Below are positions 38,025-47,684 of a stretch of DNA of 64,000 nucleotides, piece by piece. Location of the stretch: the NCBI GenBank assembly GCA_045863335.1, contig BTVY01000026.1, positions 34,486 to 98,485 on the forward strand, read 5' to 3'. The position numbers were made by a program, and so were the translations under genes. The notes beneath the pieces were generated by a model, which saw only the letters and a list, made by a program, of their open reading frames with translations, did not search any database and was not told the origin of the DNA. Positions within the stretch are counted from its first letter, which is position 1; every line of letters starts with the position of its first letter. The DNA is from Candidatus Hydrogenedentota bacterium (GTDB taxonomy: Bacteria > Hydrogenedentota > Hydrogenedentia > Hydrogenedentales > SLHB01).

Positions 38025-40277
38025 ATGTGGTCCGGTATCACCTTCGACCCACCATTCCCGGCCCCGGCCATCCTGGGCCTCGGAGTTCTCTTGGCCGCGC
38101 TGGTGGTGTGGTCTTACGTGCGCGCGCAGGGCCGCGCGGGCCGGGTATGGCGTACGATTCTCGCCGTGTTTCGTCTGGCGGCCATCGCGGCTTTGATCAT
38201 CGTGCTGCTGCGCCCCATGCGTACCGAGCCGTCCGCGTCCAGCGGGCGCAAACCGGTCTTTGCCGTCATGGTGGACTCGTCGGCCAGCATGAAGACGGCG
38301 GACGTGGACGGGATGACGCGCTTCGACGCGGTGGCCGGCACCGTGCGCGAGCATGAAGGCGATCTCATGGCGCGGCTGAACGCCGATTACGACGTGCGAT
38401 TCTACCTGTTCGACAGCGAACTTGTACCGGCATCGATCGATACGATTCTCAATACGCCGGAACCGCAAGGTATGGCCACGGACCTCGGCGAAGCACTTCA
38501 AAAGCTGGCGGGAGAGTCGGCGTCGCGGCCCAGCGCGGGCGCCTTGCTGGTGTCCGACGGACGCGACAACGTCAAGGGCGAGATCCGGCAGGCCGCCCTG
38601 ATGCTCAAGAGCCAGAAGGTGCCCGTGTGGACGATCCCCGTGGGCAGCGATACGCAGACTAAGGACCTTGTGGTGACGGCGCGTCTGAATCAGAACTTTC
38701 TCTTCGTTAACCAGCCCGCCAAGCTCAAGGTAACGCTCAGTCAATCGGGCTACGCCGATTGGTACGCCGAAGTGAATCTCCTGCGCGACGGCGAGCAGAT
38801 TGGCTCGCAGCAGGTTATGTTGAAAGGCAGCACGGAAACGGTCGATTTCCCGATTCAGGAGGACCACAAGGGCGTGTTCCGGTACGCCGTCGAAGTGACG
38901 CCGCTGCCGGAAGAGGCGGATCCGGCCAACAACAACCGCACCGTATTCGCCCGCGTCGTCGATGAAAAGAGCCGCGTGCTCTTCGTCGAAGCCAAGCCCT
39001 ATTGGGACAGCAAATTCCTGTTGCGCGCATTGCAACGCGATCCGAACCTGGAAGTCACGTCAATCTTCCAGGTCACCGCTGACAAGATCTTTGGGCTGTC
39101 CGAGAAGTCCACAAGCGATCTGAATGAAAAGACTGAAGTGGCCCAGGGCGTATTTCTACCCACGACCAAGGAAGAATGGTTCGAATACGACTGCATCATC
39201 TTTGGGAAAGGGATTGATGCGCTGTTCACATCCGAGCAATTGGGACTGCTTCGCGAGTACCTGACGGACCGCGGCGGCAGCGTCGTGTTTGCGCGCGGCC
39301 GCGCCTACGACGCCGAGAACGAAGTGCTCGCCGCGTTGGAACCTGTCGATTGGGGCGACGACGTCGTGCGCCAGGCGCGCATCGAACTGACGCCGGAAGG
39401 CGAGGACAGCCCCTTGTTCGCCTTCGGCCGCACGACCCCGGCGGACTTCATCATTCGCGAACTGCCGGAAATGGTCAGCATCACGAAGGTGGAAGACGAG
39501 AAGTCTCTATCCGTGATTCTCGCCCGCATCTCGGAGACGGACCAACCCGGGGTTGAACTGGGCTCCAAGGTCGCTGCCATCTCCTATCAGCGCTACGGGC
39601 GCGGAAAAGTCATGAGTATCGGCACGACGGGGTTATGGCGCTGGGCCTTCATGCCGCCCGAACTCGAAGAGTACGACGACATCTATTCGCGCTTCTGGAG
39701 CCAGATGATCCGGTGGCTAATCTTCGAGTCTGACTTTCTGCCGGGGCAGGATATCTCGTTCCGCACGAATCAATACGCCTACAACCTGGGTGAGCGAGTA
39801 CTGTTGACCGTGCGGACGCAATTCGTTGATTCCGAGGAATTCAACCCGCGGGTCACCATTGAAGAGCCCGGCGGCGTCGAGACCACCGTCGAACTTCCAC
39901 CGAGCGAAGGCAATCCCGGCGCCTATCAAGCTTATTACCAGCCCAGCGGTGAAGGTGAATTCAGAGCGACCATGCGGAGCACCGTTGGGGAATCGCGGGA
40001 AGCGTCGGAATGGTTTACGGTGTATGCGGATAGCGTGGAGAGCCGGTTCGTGGCTGCCGATCCCGAATTGCTCGGGCAGATTTCTTCCGTGACCGGGGGC
40101 GACGTTCTGGCGTTTGAAGATTTGGGTTCTCTGCCGGATCGGGTGCGCGAGTTTGAACGCCTCTCGAAAGAAGAAGCGAAACCCCGGGACGCGTGGGACA
40201 CTTTGGGCGTATTCGGAATCCTCATTGGACTGCTTGCGCTGGAGTGGTTTGCCCGCAGGCGCACGGGCCTAGTGTGA
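38025..40277 (+). CDS. vWA / glutamine-amidotransferase-like membrane protein of the MoxR cluster
   Basis: 2 N-terminal TM helices, VDSSASM, LVSDGRDN, NN..V...KSRVLFVE, YGRGKV...LWRW and RFWSQMIRWL; C-terminal LEWFARRRTGL. Confidence 0.82.
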   Translation: MWSGITFDPPFPAPAILGLGVLLAALVVWSYVRAQGRAGRVWRTILAVFRLAAIAALIIVLLRPMRTEPSASSGRKPVFAVMVDSSASMKTADVDGMTRFDAVAGTVREHEGDLMARLNADYDVRFYLFDSELVPASIDTILNTPEPQGMATDLGEALQKLAGESASRPSAGALLVSDGRDNVKGEIRQAALMLKSQKVPVWTIPVGSDTQTKDLVVTARLNQNFLFVNQPAKLKVTLSQSGYADWYAEVNLLRDGEQIGSQQVMLKGSTETVDFPIQEDHKGVFRYAVEVTPLPEEADPANNNRTVFARVVDEKSRVLFVEAKPYWDSKFLLRALQRDPNLEVTSIFQVTADKIFGLSEKSTSDLNEKTEVAQGVFLPTTKEEWFEYDCIIFGKGIDALFTSEQLGLLREYLTDRGGSVVFARGRAYDAENEVLAALEPVDWGDDVVRQARIELTPEGEDSPLFAFGRTTPADFIIRELPEMVSITKVEDEKSLSVILARISETDQPGVELGSKVAAISYQRYGRGKVMSIGTTGLWRWAFMPPELEEYDDIYSRFWSQMIRWLIFESDFLPGQDISFRTNQYAYNLGERVLLTVRTQFVDSEEFNPRVTIEEPGGVETTVELPPSEGNPGAYQAYYQPSGEGEFRATMRSTVGESREASEWFTVYADSVESRFVAADPELLGQISSVTGGDVLAFEDLGSLPDRVREFERLSKEEAKPRDAWDTLGVFGILIGLLALEWFARRRTGLV

Positions 40278-40319
40278 TATAGTGGAAATGGTGACTGTAA
40301 CGGACCAAGGACTGCTCTA

Positions 40320-43145
40320 ATGTCCAGTCATTCGCTCACGCTTCGACAACGGCTGCATGAATTCTCCCTGGCGAGACGACGCCAAATTGGCAAGCTGGCC
40401 GTGGTGCGTGTGTTGTGGGTTTCGGTTGCGGCCGCGCTCGCCCTTGTGTATCTCGACGTGCTCCTAATCTTGCCGGCTTCCGCGCGGATTGGACTTGCTG
40501 CATGTTCGTTTTTCACGTTGCTTGTGGTGGCCGTCGCGACGTACTGGCGGTTGTCTCGCGCGGTGTCGGAAGACAGGCTCGTGGCGCGGCTGGTCGAGCA
40601 GGGCGCGCCCGATCTTCACAACGACGTGATTAATGCCGTCGACTTCGACGATCTCATGGCGGGAACCGTTCGACCCGGTTTGTCGAGAGATTTGATGAGC
40701 CACGAGATCCATCTTGCGGCGGACCGCGTATCCGCGGTGCGACGCGTCGACACCTTGCGACCGCCGTCCCTTCGAGGCGAGACGCGGGCGTTCATTGCGC
40801 TTGCGATTGTCCTCGGCACGCTGGCTTATCTTTTTTCCGATGTGTTCGCCGCAGTGGTTCCGCGCTTCGCCGATCCCTGGGGCGATCATCCGCCGTATAG
40901 TCCCACGAAGTTTGCCGTCGATCCCGCGAACTCGACGGTGGAGTACGGCGAGAATCAGATCGTTCGCGTGACGACCTCGGGCAAGCGTCCGTCCCAGATG
41001 GCGCTCGTGTTGGAACGTCCGGATGGAACGATAGCCGGGACCCTTCCCATGCTGGATTCGGGCGACGGCACCTATTTTCAGACCATCGAGAACGTGCGAA
41101 CGGATTTGACCTACTACGCGGAAATCCCGCGTGGACGCAGCAAGCGGTATTCGTTGGCTCTGAGCCGCATTCCGCGGATCGATTCGGTGGCCGTAACCTA
41201 TACCTATCCCGAATACACGAATCTGCCGTCCAAGTCGCGACTCCTGTCGAAGACCGACGCCACGCTCGTGGGTTACGAAGGCACGCAGGTGCGTTTGGAC
41301 ATAGCGTCCAACCGGCCACTGGAAGGTGGACCGGTGACGCTTGGCGATCAGACTCTGGAGTTGCATCCCGGTGCGGACGAAGGCACTGCTGCCGTCGAGT
41401 TTCCGATTGAGAAAGCGAGCGCCATCACGGCGAGTCTGATCGACGTCGAGGGATTCAAGAGCGAAGACGCGTTTGAAGGAAAGATCGAGGTCATGCCCGA
41501 CAAGAAGCCGGAGATCGCGATCGTGTCGCCCGGAAAACATTCCTTCGCGATTCCCGATGCGAAAGTTCCCGTCATGATCGAAGCGCGCGACGATCTGGGT
41601 ATCGCGCGCATTGCCCTCGTGCGCAATCACAACGCGTCGTCCGACGACCGCAAGGTCTTGTACGAAGGCGGTGGTAGCGACATCTTCATGAACGCGAACG
41701 AACTGCTCGACATGGGCGATCTGGGCGTACGGCCCGGTGACGTGATAGAGTACTACGCCACCGCCACAGACACCTTGCCCGATTCGCCGCAGTCCGCATC
41801 CACGCCCGCGTTTCAGATTGCCATTATCTCGCACGAGGACTATCGCAACTTCATGCAGGAGAGCACGACGGCCGAGGATCTCAAGGCGAAGTATGAGGCC
41901 ATACAGCAAGAGTTGAAGGCCCTTGCGAAGGAACAGCAGGCGATCAACGAGGAGTTGAAAGCCCTCGAGCAAAAGCTCGCGGAGAGCGGCAGTCTGTCCG
42001 AGGAAGAGCAGAATCGTCTTGAAGAGCTGCGGAAACAGCAGGAGGCCCTCGCGGCCAAGGCAGGCGAGTTGGCGAAGAAGATGCAGGAAGAAGCCGAACG
42101 GCCGGCCGTGTTCGATATCGAGAACGAATACAAGGAGACATTGAAGGAATTGGCGGAGCGCCTGGGCGAGGCGCAGAAGTCCATGGAGTCCAGCCAACAG
42201 CAGATGCAGCCGGGCGCGAGCGCCGAGGCCTTGCAGCAGGCCATGCAGGATCAACAGGCTGCGCTCGATCAGTTGGGCCAGAGCGACCAGCAGTTCCAGG
42301 AGCAGATTCAGCAGGCCAACGAGGACCTCGCCAAGATCTACAAGTTGCTCGCGGATGTGGAGCGGTTCAAACAACTGTACGGCGCGCAACAGATGCTGGA
42401 ACGGGAGGCGCGGACGTACAAGGACGAGATGTCGCCAAGTCTGGACGAGCAGATCCGGTTGAAGGAGCTTTCCGAAAACCAGGAAACGATCCGGGAGTCC
42501 TTGGAGCGGTTGCGCGACGATTTGCGCGAGCATGCGAAGGAAGTGGAAACCGAGTACCCACAAGTCGCGGAGGATGCACAGACCATCGCAGATTCGATTG
42601 AATCCTTGCAGATACCACCGACGATGGCCAGCGCAGCCGGGAACCTCGCGGAACCTAATGCTCCGCAGGGTCACGCGGACGCGCGCGAAGCATTGGACGC
42701 CATGGAATCCATGATCGGATTCTGCCAGGCCGCGCAAGGCCAAGGGAGCAGCCAGTGCGACTTACGGCTGCGCATTCAAATGGCGATGAACCCCGGGAAC
42801 ACGTTGGGCCAGTTGCAGAAGAGCCTTGGCGCACCGGCGATGGGACAGGGAACGGGCCAGGGTCAGGGCGGCGGCATGGGCAGCAGCTCGGTGCCGTTCG
42901 ACATGTACGGCAATGAGCCCTTCGGTGACCCGCGGCAACAGGAGAGTCCCTTTTCGTCGCGCCGCATGCACGAAGCACAGGCCGAGCCGGTGCCGTCCGA
43001 TGCGTTTGCCGGCAGCTTTGAGGAACTTGCCACGAGCAAAAGCGACGATCTGAATCTGGAAGGCGTAGGGGGCGAACACGTGGTTGAGGAATACCGGCCC
43101 CTGATTGAAGCGTACTTCCGGGGTCTCGCCGAGGAGGAATCATGA
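40320..43145 (+). CDS. DUF4175-like membrane protein with Ig domains and a long Gln/Glu coiled coil
   Basis: 3 TM helices, YTYPEYT, D..PEI...ARDDLGI, a Q/E-rich coiled coil and a C-terminal EYRPLIEAYFRGL. Confidence 0.75.
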   Translation: MSSHSLTLRQRLHEFSLARRRQIGKLAVVRVLWVSVAAALALVYLDVLLILPASARIGLAACSFFTLLVVAVATYWRLSRAVSEDRLVARLVEQGAPDLHNDVINAVDFDDLMAGTVRPGLSRDLMSHEIHLAADRVSAVRRVDTLRPPSLRGETRAFIALAIVLGTLAYLFSDVFAAVVPRFADPWGDHPPYSPTKFAVDPANSTVEYGENQIVRVTTSGKRPSQMALVLERPDGTIAGTLPMLDSGDGTYFQTIENVRTDLTYYAEIPRGRSKRYSLALSRIPRIDSVAVTYTYPEYTNLPSKSRLLSKTDATLVGYEGTQVRLDIASNRPLEGGPVTLGDQTLELHPGADEGTAAVEFPIEKASAITASLIDVEGFKSEDAFEGKIEVMPDKKPEIAIVSPGKHSFAIPDAKVPVMIEARDDLGIARIALVRNHNASSDDRKVLYEGGGSDIFMNANELLDMGDLGVRPGDVIEYYATATDTLPDSPQSASTPAFQIAIISHEDYRNFMQESTTAEDLKAKYEAIQQELKALAKEQQAINEELKALEQKLAESGSLSEEEQNRLEELRKQQEALAAKAGELAKKMQEEAERPAVFDIENEYKETLKELAERLGEAQKSMESSQQQMQPGASAEALQQAMQDQQAALDQLGQSDQQFQEQIQQANEDLAKIYKLLADVERFKQLYGAQQMLEREARTYKDEMSPSLDEQIRLKELSENQETIRESLERLRDDLREHAKEVETEYPQVAEDAQTIADSIESLQIPPTMASAAGNLAEPNAPQGHADAREALDAMESMIGFCQAAQGQGSSQCDLRLRIQMAMNPGNTLGQLQKSLGAPAMGQGTGQGQGGGMGSSSVPFDMYGNEPFGDPRQQESPFSSRRMHEAQAEPVPSDAFAGSFEELATSKSDDLNLEGVGGEHVVEEYRPLIEAYFRGLAEEES

Positions 43146-43813
43146 ACGCGCGTACCATTGCGAGAAGCGTGCTGCTCGTCGCGGCATGCTCGATTTTGCT
43201 CGGGGCTGTGCAACCCATCGAAACGAACCGCGACGAACTGGTCCGGTGTGCCAATCTGATCTACGCGGGCTCAAAGAGTTCCGTGTGTTTCAGCGATAAG
43301 TTTCTGGACGAGGTCCGGGACATAACCATGGTCGACGCGGACGAGGGATTCACGCCCGTCAAGCTGTCGACGGAGGAGATCTTCAGGTATCCCTTTTCCA
43401 TCATGACCGGTGAAGGCGACTTTTCCCTGTTCGAGGAAGAGCGCACCCTTTTGAAGTCGTATTTGACCCGAGGCGGGTTTTTGTTAGCGTCGGCGGGATG
43501 TTCGTCGCGCGAATGGGACCGTTCGTTCCGGCGCGAGTTCCAGGCCATGTTTCCGGAGCATGAGTTGCAGAAGATTCCCATGGATCATCCCCTGTTCCGG
43601 ACGGTGTTCAACATCGATCGCATCAACCTGAAGAACGGCGGAACGACACTGCTTGAAGGCCTGGAACTGGACGGGCGCATCGTGTTGATCTATTCGTCCG
43701 AAGGCTTGAACGACACCGGAAACGTCGAAGGCTGCTGTTGTTGCGGCGGCAACGAAGTGCGGAACTCGAAGGATGTCAACACCAATATCATCACCTACGC
43801 GTTGACGCATTAG
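43142..43813 (+). CDS. DUF4159 domain protein (Cys-rich variant)
   Basis: YPFSIMTGEG, LKSYLTRGGFL, IPMDHPLF, LEGLELDGRIVLIYS and NIITYAL; contains GCCCCGG. Confidence 0.82.
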   Translation: MNARTIARSVLLVAACSILLGAVQPIETNRDELVRCANLIYAGSKSSVCFSDKFLDEVRDITMVDADEGFTPVKLSTEEIFRYPFSIMTGEGDFSLFEEERTLLKSYLTRGGFLLASAGCSSREWDRSFRREFQAMFPEHELQKIPMDHPLFRTVFNIDRINLKNGGTTLLEGLELDGRIVLIYSSEGLNDTGNVEGCCCCGGNEVRNSKDVNTNIITYALTH

Positions 43814-43820
43814 GACGACC

Positions 43821-44810
43821 ATGTTTCACTTCCTCAGATTCCGTTTCTCGATAGCGGCGATTGTCGCGGTGGCCTGCGTAGTGCTCGGCGGTTGCGGATC
43901 GAAAGCGCCCGTCGAAGTCGCTGTCGAGCCACCGGGTTCGCTGACGGTTTTCTATACCTGCGATACGCGCGGGCACATCAGCCCCTGCAACTGCACGGCG
44001 GGCGTTGCCGGTGGAATCGCGCGGCGCAAAACCTACATCGATGAGAACCGGACCGAAAACGCACTCATCGTCGATGCCGGAAACGTGGCTGCGGGACCGC
44101 GAGAATGGGAATTGCTGGAACTCGAGTACATTCTCAAAGGCTACGATGCCATTGGCTACGACGCGGTGAACATCGGCGCGCGCGAAGCCTCGTTTCCGCT
44201 GGACACGTTGCGCGAGCTGAAGACGAAGCATCCATACTTCGTCTCGGCGAACGTGGAGGACGAATCCGGCGATTTGATCTTTGAACCGTTCCGCGTCAAG
44301 ACGCTGTCGAACGGCTACCGGGTCGCCATCACCGGTGTCGTACAGAACACGCTGCTTCCCGACGAGATCGGCACAGGAGTACACATCTCGCCTCCAGCGG
44401 ACGCGATCGAGCGTGTGCTCCCGGAACTGAAAGAAGCCGGTGACTTTATCGTTGTCCTGGCCTTTACGGATGAGGCGACGATGAAAGCCCTGGCGGAGCG
44501 CTTCTTCGAGATTGACGCCATCATCGGCGGCGATGTCGAACAGCCGTCCGCGAATCCGGCGCAAGTGAATCAGTCGATTGTCGCGTACAACACCGATAAG
44601 GGCAAAGCGGTCGGACGCATGAACGTGCAGTTCATCGACGGCCATGCCGTGGTCGCGGAGAACGAAATCGCCATGCTGCTGGAAGATGTGGCCGACGACC
44701 CAGCCATGGTCGACCTGGCCAAGGAATTAATGCTCGAACAGGTACGGAACAACTACCCAACCGAGAAAGACGATGAAGAAGGTCTATCGCGGATATCTGC
44801 GTCAGAGTAG
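43821..44810 (+). CDS. UshA/5'-nucleotidase-like lipoprotein with a CxC motif (degenerate metallophosphoesterase)
   Basis: Lipobox LGG|C; YTCDTRGHISPCNC...GGIARR, VDAGN, YDAVNIGARE, FVSANV and IDAIIGG. Confidence 0.75.
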   Translation: MFHFLRFRFSIAAIVAVACVVLGGCGSKAPVEVAVEPPGSLTVFYTCDTRGHISPCNCTAGVAGGIARRKTYIDENRTENALIVDAGNVAAGPREWELLELEYILKGYDAIGYDAVNIGAREASFPLDTLRELKTKHPYFVSANVEDESGDLIFEPFRVKTLSNGYRVAITGVVQNTLLPDEIGTGVHISPPADAIERVLPELKEAGDFIVVLAFTDEATMKALAERFFEIDAIIGGDVEQPSANPAQVNQSIVAYNTDKGKAVGRMNVQFIDGHAVVAENEIAMLLEDVADDPAMVDLAKELMLEQVRNNYPTEKDDEEGLSRISASE

Positions 44811-45591
44811 GTCGATTGCGCGATTCTTCCTCGCGTGCGTCCTGGCAAGCGGTCTCGCAGCCGTCGCGGAAGATTCGGATTTCTGGTTCGATTCCTACGA
44901 CGAAGGAATCGCAGCGGCCCAAGCGGCCGACAAACCCGTCCTGCTCGATTTCACGGCGGAATGGTGCGTGTGGTGCCGCAAAATGGAAGAGGACGTTTTC
45001 TCCGATCCGAAGGTGCAAGCGGCTTTGGAGGACTTTGTCTGCATTCGCGTGGATACGGAGAAGGACCCGCGTGTGGCCATGGCGTATCAGATTCGATCAC
45101 TTCCCAGGTTCGTCATGCTGAATATCTTCGGCGAGGTAACGGTCGATCGCACCGGGTATATGCCGGTTGAGGTGTTCCTCGATGCCCTGGCGGACGGTCG
45201 CGCGGGTGCGCGTATCAAACTCGAAGCAAACGCGGCGCCCGAGGTGAAGCCAATCGAAACGCCTTCCCAAGTGGTGGACCGAGCGATTGCGGAGTCGGTA
45301 TCGGATAGTGAGGTTGTCTTGCTGGCTTTGTTGTCAGACCCCGATCCCAGCGTGCGCGGGGAAGCGCTGGACCGCATTTTGGCGAACAAAGAAGAGTCCG
45401 TTCCCCTGCTGATCCAGGGGCTGTCGAATCCCTATCTTGGCACCCGCATTGCCTCCGTGGAGGCCCTGCGCGTTCTTGGGGTCGACCTCGCGCCCTACGA
45501 TCCCTGGGCCATGCGTTCGGAGCGGGATCGCGCCGCGTCCGAGTGGCAAGAGAACTGGGCGCAAAGGGCGGCCGAGTCCCCCAAGCAATAG
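44773..45591 (+). CDS. Exported thioredoxin-family protein with C-terminal HEAT repeats
   Basis: KPVLLDFTAEWCVWCRKM and cis-Pro SLPRF; HEAT LLSDPDPSVRGEAL. Confidence 0.82.
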   Translation: MKKVYRGYLRQSRSIARFFLACVLASGLAAVAEDSDFWFDSYDEGIAAAQAADKPVLLDFTAEWCVWCRKMEEDVFSDPKVQAALEDFVCIRVDTEKDPRVAMAYQIRSLPRFVMLNIFGEVTVDRTGYMPVEVFLDALADGRAGARIKLEANAAPEVKPIETPSQVVDRAIAESVSDSEVVLLALLSDPDPSVRGEALDRILANKEESVPLLIQGLSNPYLGTRIASVEALRVLGVDLAPYDPWAMRSERDRAASEWQENWAQRAAESPKQ

Positions 45592-45666
45592 GCACTTGAT
45601 TGCATAAACTCAAAGGAACACAGGCGTTCCGCCTGTGTAAGTTCATCCCAAAAGCGGCAGTTGCTG

Positions 45667-45865
45667 GAGGTGACACGACCGTGATTCGAGGTGGCATGGG
45701 CCTCCAGCCCATGAATGTATACGGGCGGGACGCCCATGCTCCTCTGAGTTCCCAGGTGAGCACTGATTTACGCCAATAAGAAGGCCAATTCCAAAGGGTG
45801 ATCCGTTGTTCTCTGTGACTCAATCGCCGCTTTTAAGTTCATGGGCTGGAAGCCCATGGCACCTC
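45667..45865. repeat. Cluster of GAGGTG-type REP hairpins (same family as those flanking the RAYT)
   Basis: 45688-45713 gaggtgg-catgggc-ctcca-gcccatg; 45721-45744 and 45840-45865 in the opposite orientation; truncated copy at 45667-45683. Confidence 0.8.
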
Positions 45866-45880
45866 ATGACCAACAAAGAT

Positions 45881-45913
45881 CGGCCCCGGCGCGCCGCGCG
45901 CCGAGGCCGTTTT
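45881..45913. terminator. GC-rich hairpin, probable bidirectional terminator
   Basis: cggcc-c-cggcgcg/cgcgccg-a-ggccg followed by tttt on the plus strand, between convergent genes. Confidence 0.6.
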
Positions 45914-45938
45914 CACCCAATCGCTTCAGCCGTAAAAC

Positions 45939-47495
45939 CTAGAACTTGAGGCCAGTGTCTACGTAGACATAATCCGCATCGTCATCACCGCGGCCTCCGG
46001 AGAATTCCAGGCCGTACAGATGGTTAAAGCTGCCATCTTCCAGACCCTCGCCAGTGAAGAGGTGTTCCCAGCCGACCTTGATGTACCAGTCTTCCGAGTA
46101 GTCGTATTGAAGCCAGAGATGGGCCGAGGTGCCGATCTCCTCGTCCGACTCTTCGGTCCAGAAGCTCAACGCAGGTGCTAGGGGGACTTTGAATCCGCCG
46201 AGGACAAACGATGCGGGAGCGTCAAAGGGCTCATCAACTCCGAAGTAGGCCACCGTCAAACCCGCGGTGACCGCTTCCGATGGATGCACCGTGACGCCGG
46301 TACGGACCTGATAAAAGTTGGACATGTCCTGCCCAATTTCCAGCACGAGGCTGTAGGGCTTGCCTGGGAACATCCGGTTGAACGACACGCTGGCGTCAGG
46401 TTGATAGAAGGGGTTGGCCCATTCGAGGAAGGTCAGGTCCCGGTTGTCCTCGCCCTGGAAATAGGCGCCGCCGATGAATACGCGCGGTTGCCAGGCCATG
46501 TCGATAGAGTACCCTACCTCCAGGTCCGCCGCCCAGGCGTCGTATTCGGCGCCATCGTCGCCATAGATTTGGCCGACGGGTTTGAATCCGAACCCGACCG
46601 CGTCCGCATCGCCGAACTGATACGCCAGTTCGAGGTCATAGTCCAGCGCGCCCGCTTCGCCCCATAGCCGCGCGCCGACCGTGTGCATGCTGGTCGGGTC
46701 GTAGTCATCGAGGTTGAGCAGGTCTTCCAACCACTCGATCGGGGCGATGAAGTTCGTGTCATTCAGGCTTTGGCCGTCGCGAATCCACATCCAGTAGAGG
46801 GAGGTGTTCAGGTATTCCAGCGCGCGGCAGGTGGCGTAGACACCCATGAAATCCACGTCGCCGTCCTGTTCGTCGATGCCTCGCTCCACGTACTTGCTGT
46901 ACCACGCGTCGACGTCAACAACGTCGGTCGAATAGGTCAGGCGAATGGCATCGAAGGAGCGGCCCCAAATGGCCGTCGTAATATCGTCAACAAGCCAGCC
47001 CTTGCCCATCTTCAATTCCTGGCGGCCGATGCGAAGCCGGATGGGATAGCCAAACATTTCGGACGCCTCGATATACGCTTGGTAGATCTCTACGTCGTTG
47101 TTGGTGCTCGCGCGAGAGTCGAGTCCCGTCACGTAGTCGGAACGAAAGTCTTCGCCCCACCAGTCATACGACTCCAGTTCGATGAACGCGCGCACCTCAT
47201 TCGTGAAGTCCGCGTTTACGTTGAGCCGCGTGCGTTGTTCGACGATCTGGAAGTCCGGCTCGTCGCTGCTCCAGTCGTAGCGGCTCGATACGCCGAAGGG
47301 TCCAATGGGCCGCCGCGGCACGAAGAAGTCCGGAATGCGAATCTCCGAAGGGCCCGCGGGACCGTTCACATACGTGTCGTTCCAATAGCGCGCGCGAATG
47401 CGCAGTTCGCCGCCTACATCGACATTCTGGAGGTCGGCTGCTGCGCTGCCGGCGAGCGCGCCGAACAGCGTGAGAAAAGCAATTCGTTTCCACAT
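45939..47495 (-). CDS. Alginate export family outer-membrane beta-barrel
   Basis: Signal peptide; GGELRIR, QRTRLNV, YQAYIE...LRIGRQEL..G and SFDAIRL; C-terminal aromatic DTGLKF. Confidence 0.82.
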   Translation of the reverse strand: MWKRIAFLTLFGALAGSAAADLQNVDVGGELRIRARYWNDTYVNGPAGPSEIRIPDFFVPRRPIGPFGVSSRYDWSSDEPDFQIVEQRTRLNVNADFTNEVRAFIELESYDWWGEDFRSDYVTGLDSRASTNNDVEIYQAYIEASEMFGYPIRLRIGRQELKMGKGWLVDDITTAIWGRSFDAIRLTYSTDVVDVDAWYSKYVERGIDEQDGDVDFMGVYATCRALEYLNTSLYWMWIRDGQSLNDTNFIAPIEWLEDLLNLDDYDPTSMHTVGARLWGEAGALDYDLELAYQFGDADAVGFGFKPVGQIYGDDGAEYDAWAADLEVGYSIDMAWQPRVFIGGAYFQGEDNRDLTFLEWANPFYQPDASVSFNRMFPGKPYSLVLEIGQDMSNFYQVRTGVTVHPSEAVTAGLTVAYFGVDEPFDAPASFVLGGFKVPLAPALSFWTEESDEEIGTSAHLWLQYDYSEDWYIKVGWEHLFTGEGLEDGSFNHLYGLEFSGGRGDDDADYVYVDTGLKF

Positions 47496-47649
47496 GGTCT
47501 CCGTTCTCCCTCTGCGCAAACCAACGCTCCACCCGTTTCCGGTCCGGCAGGCATACGCGTACCCGTGCGCGCTGGTCGAACCTGCCGAAGACCCGATACG
47601 AGGTACAACCCCGACCCGTCGAGACGGGAGCTAATCGGTTAATAGTATT

Positions 47650-47678
47650 AGACTAGTAGTGCCTCGCATTTTTGTCAA
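47650..47678 (-). promoter_or_regulatory. Sigma70 promoter of the porin gene
   Basis: Minus strand TTGACA-17 nt-TAGTCT. Confidence 0.5.
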
Positions 47679-47684
47679 GGGCGT

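Noticed and set aside
43986-43994. Selenocysteine in the UshA-like CxC motif
   Set aside because: Both codons are TGC.
47520-47640. Riboswitch in the porin leader
   Set aside because: Two GC-rich hairpins are present but I recognise no aptamer consensus.
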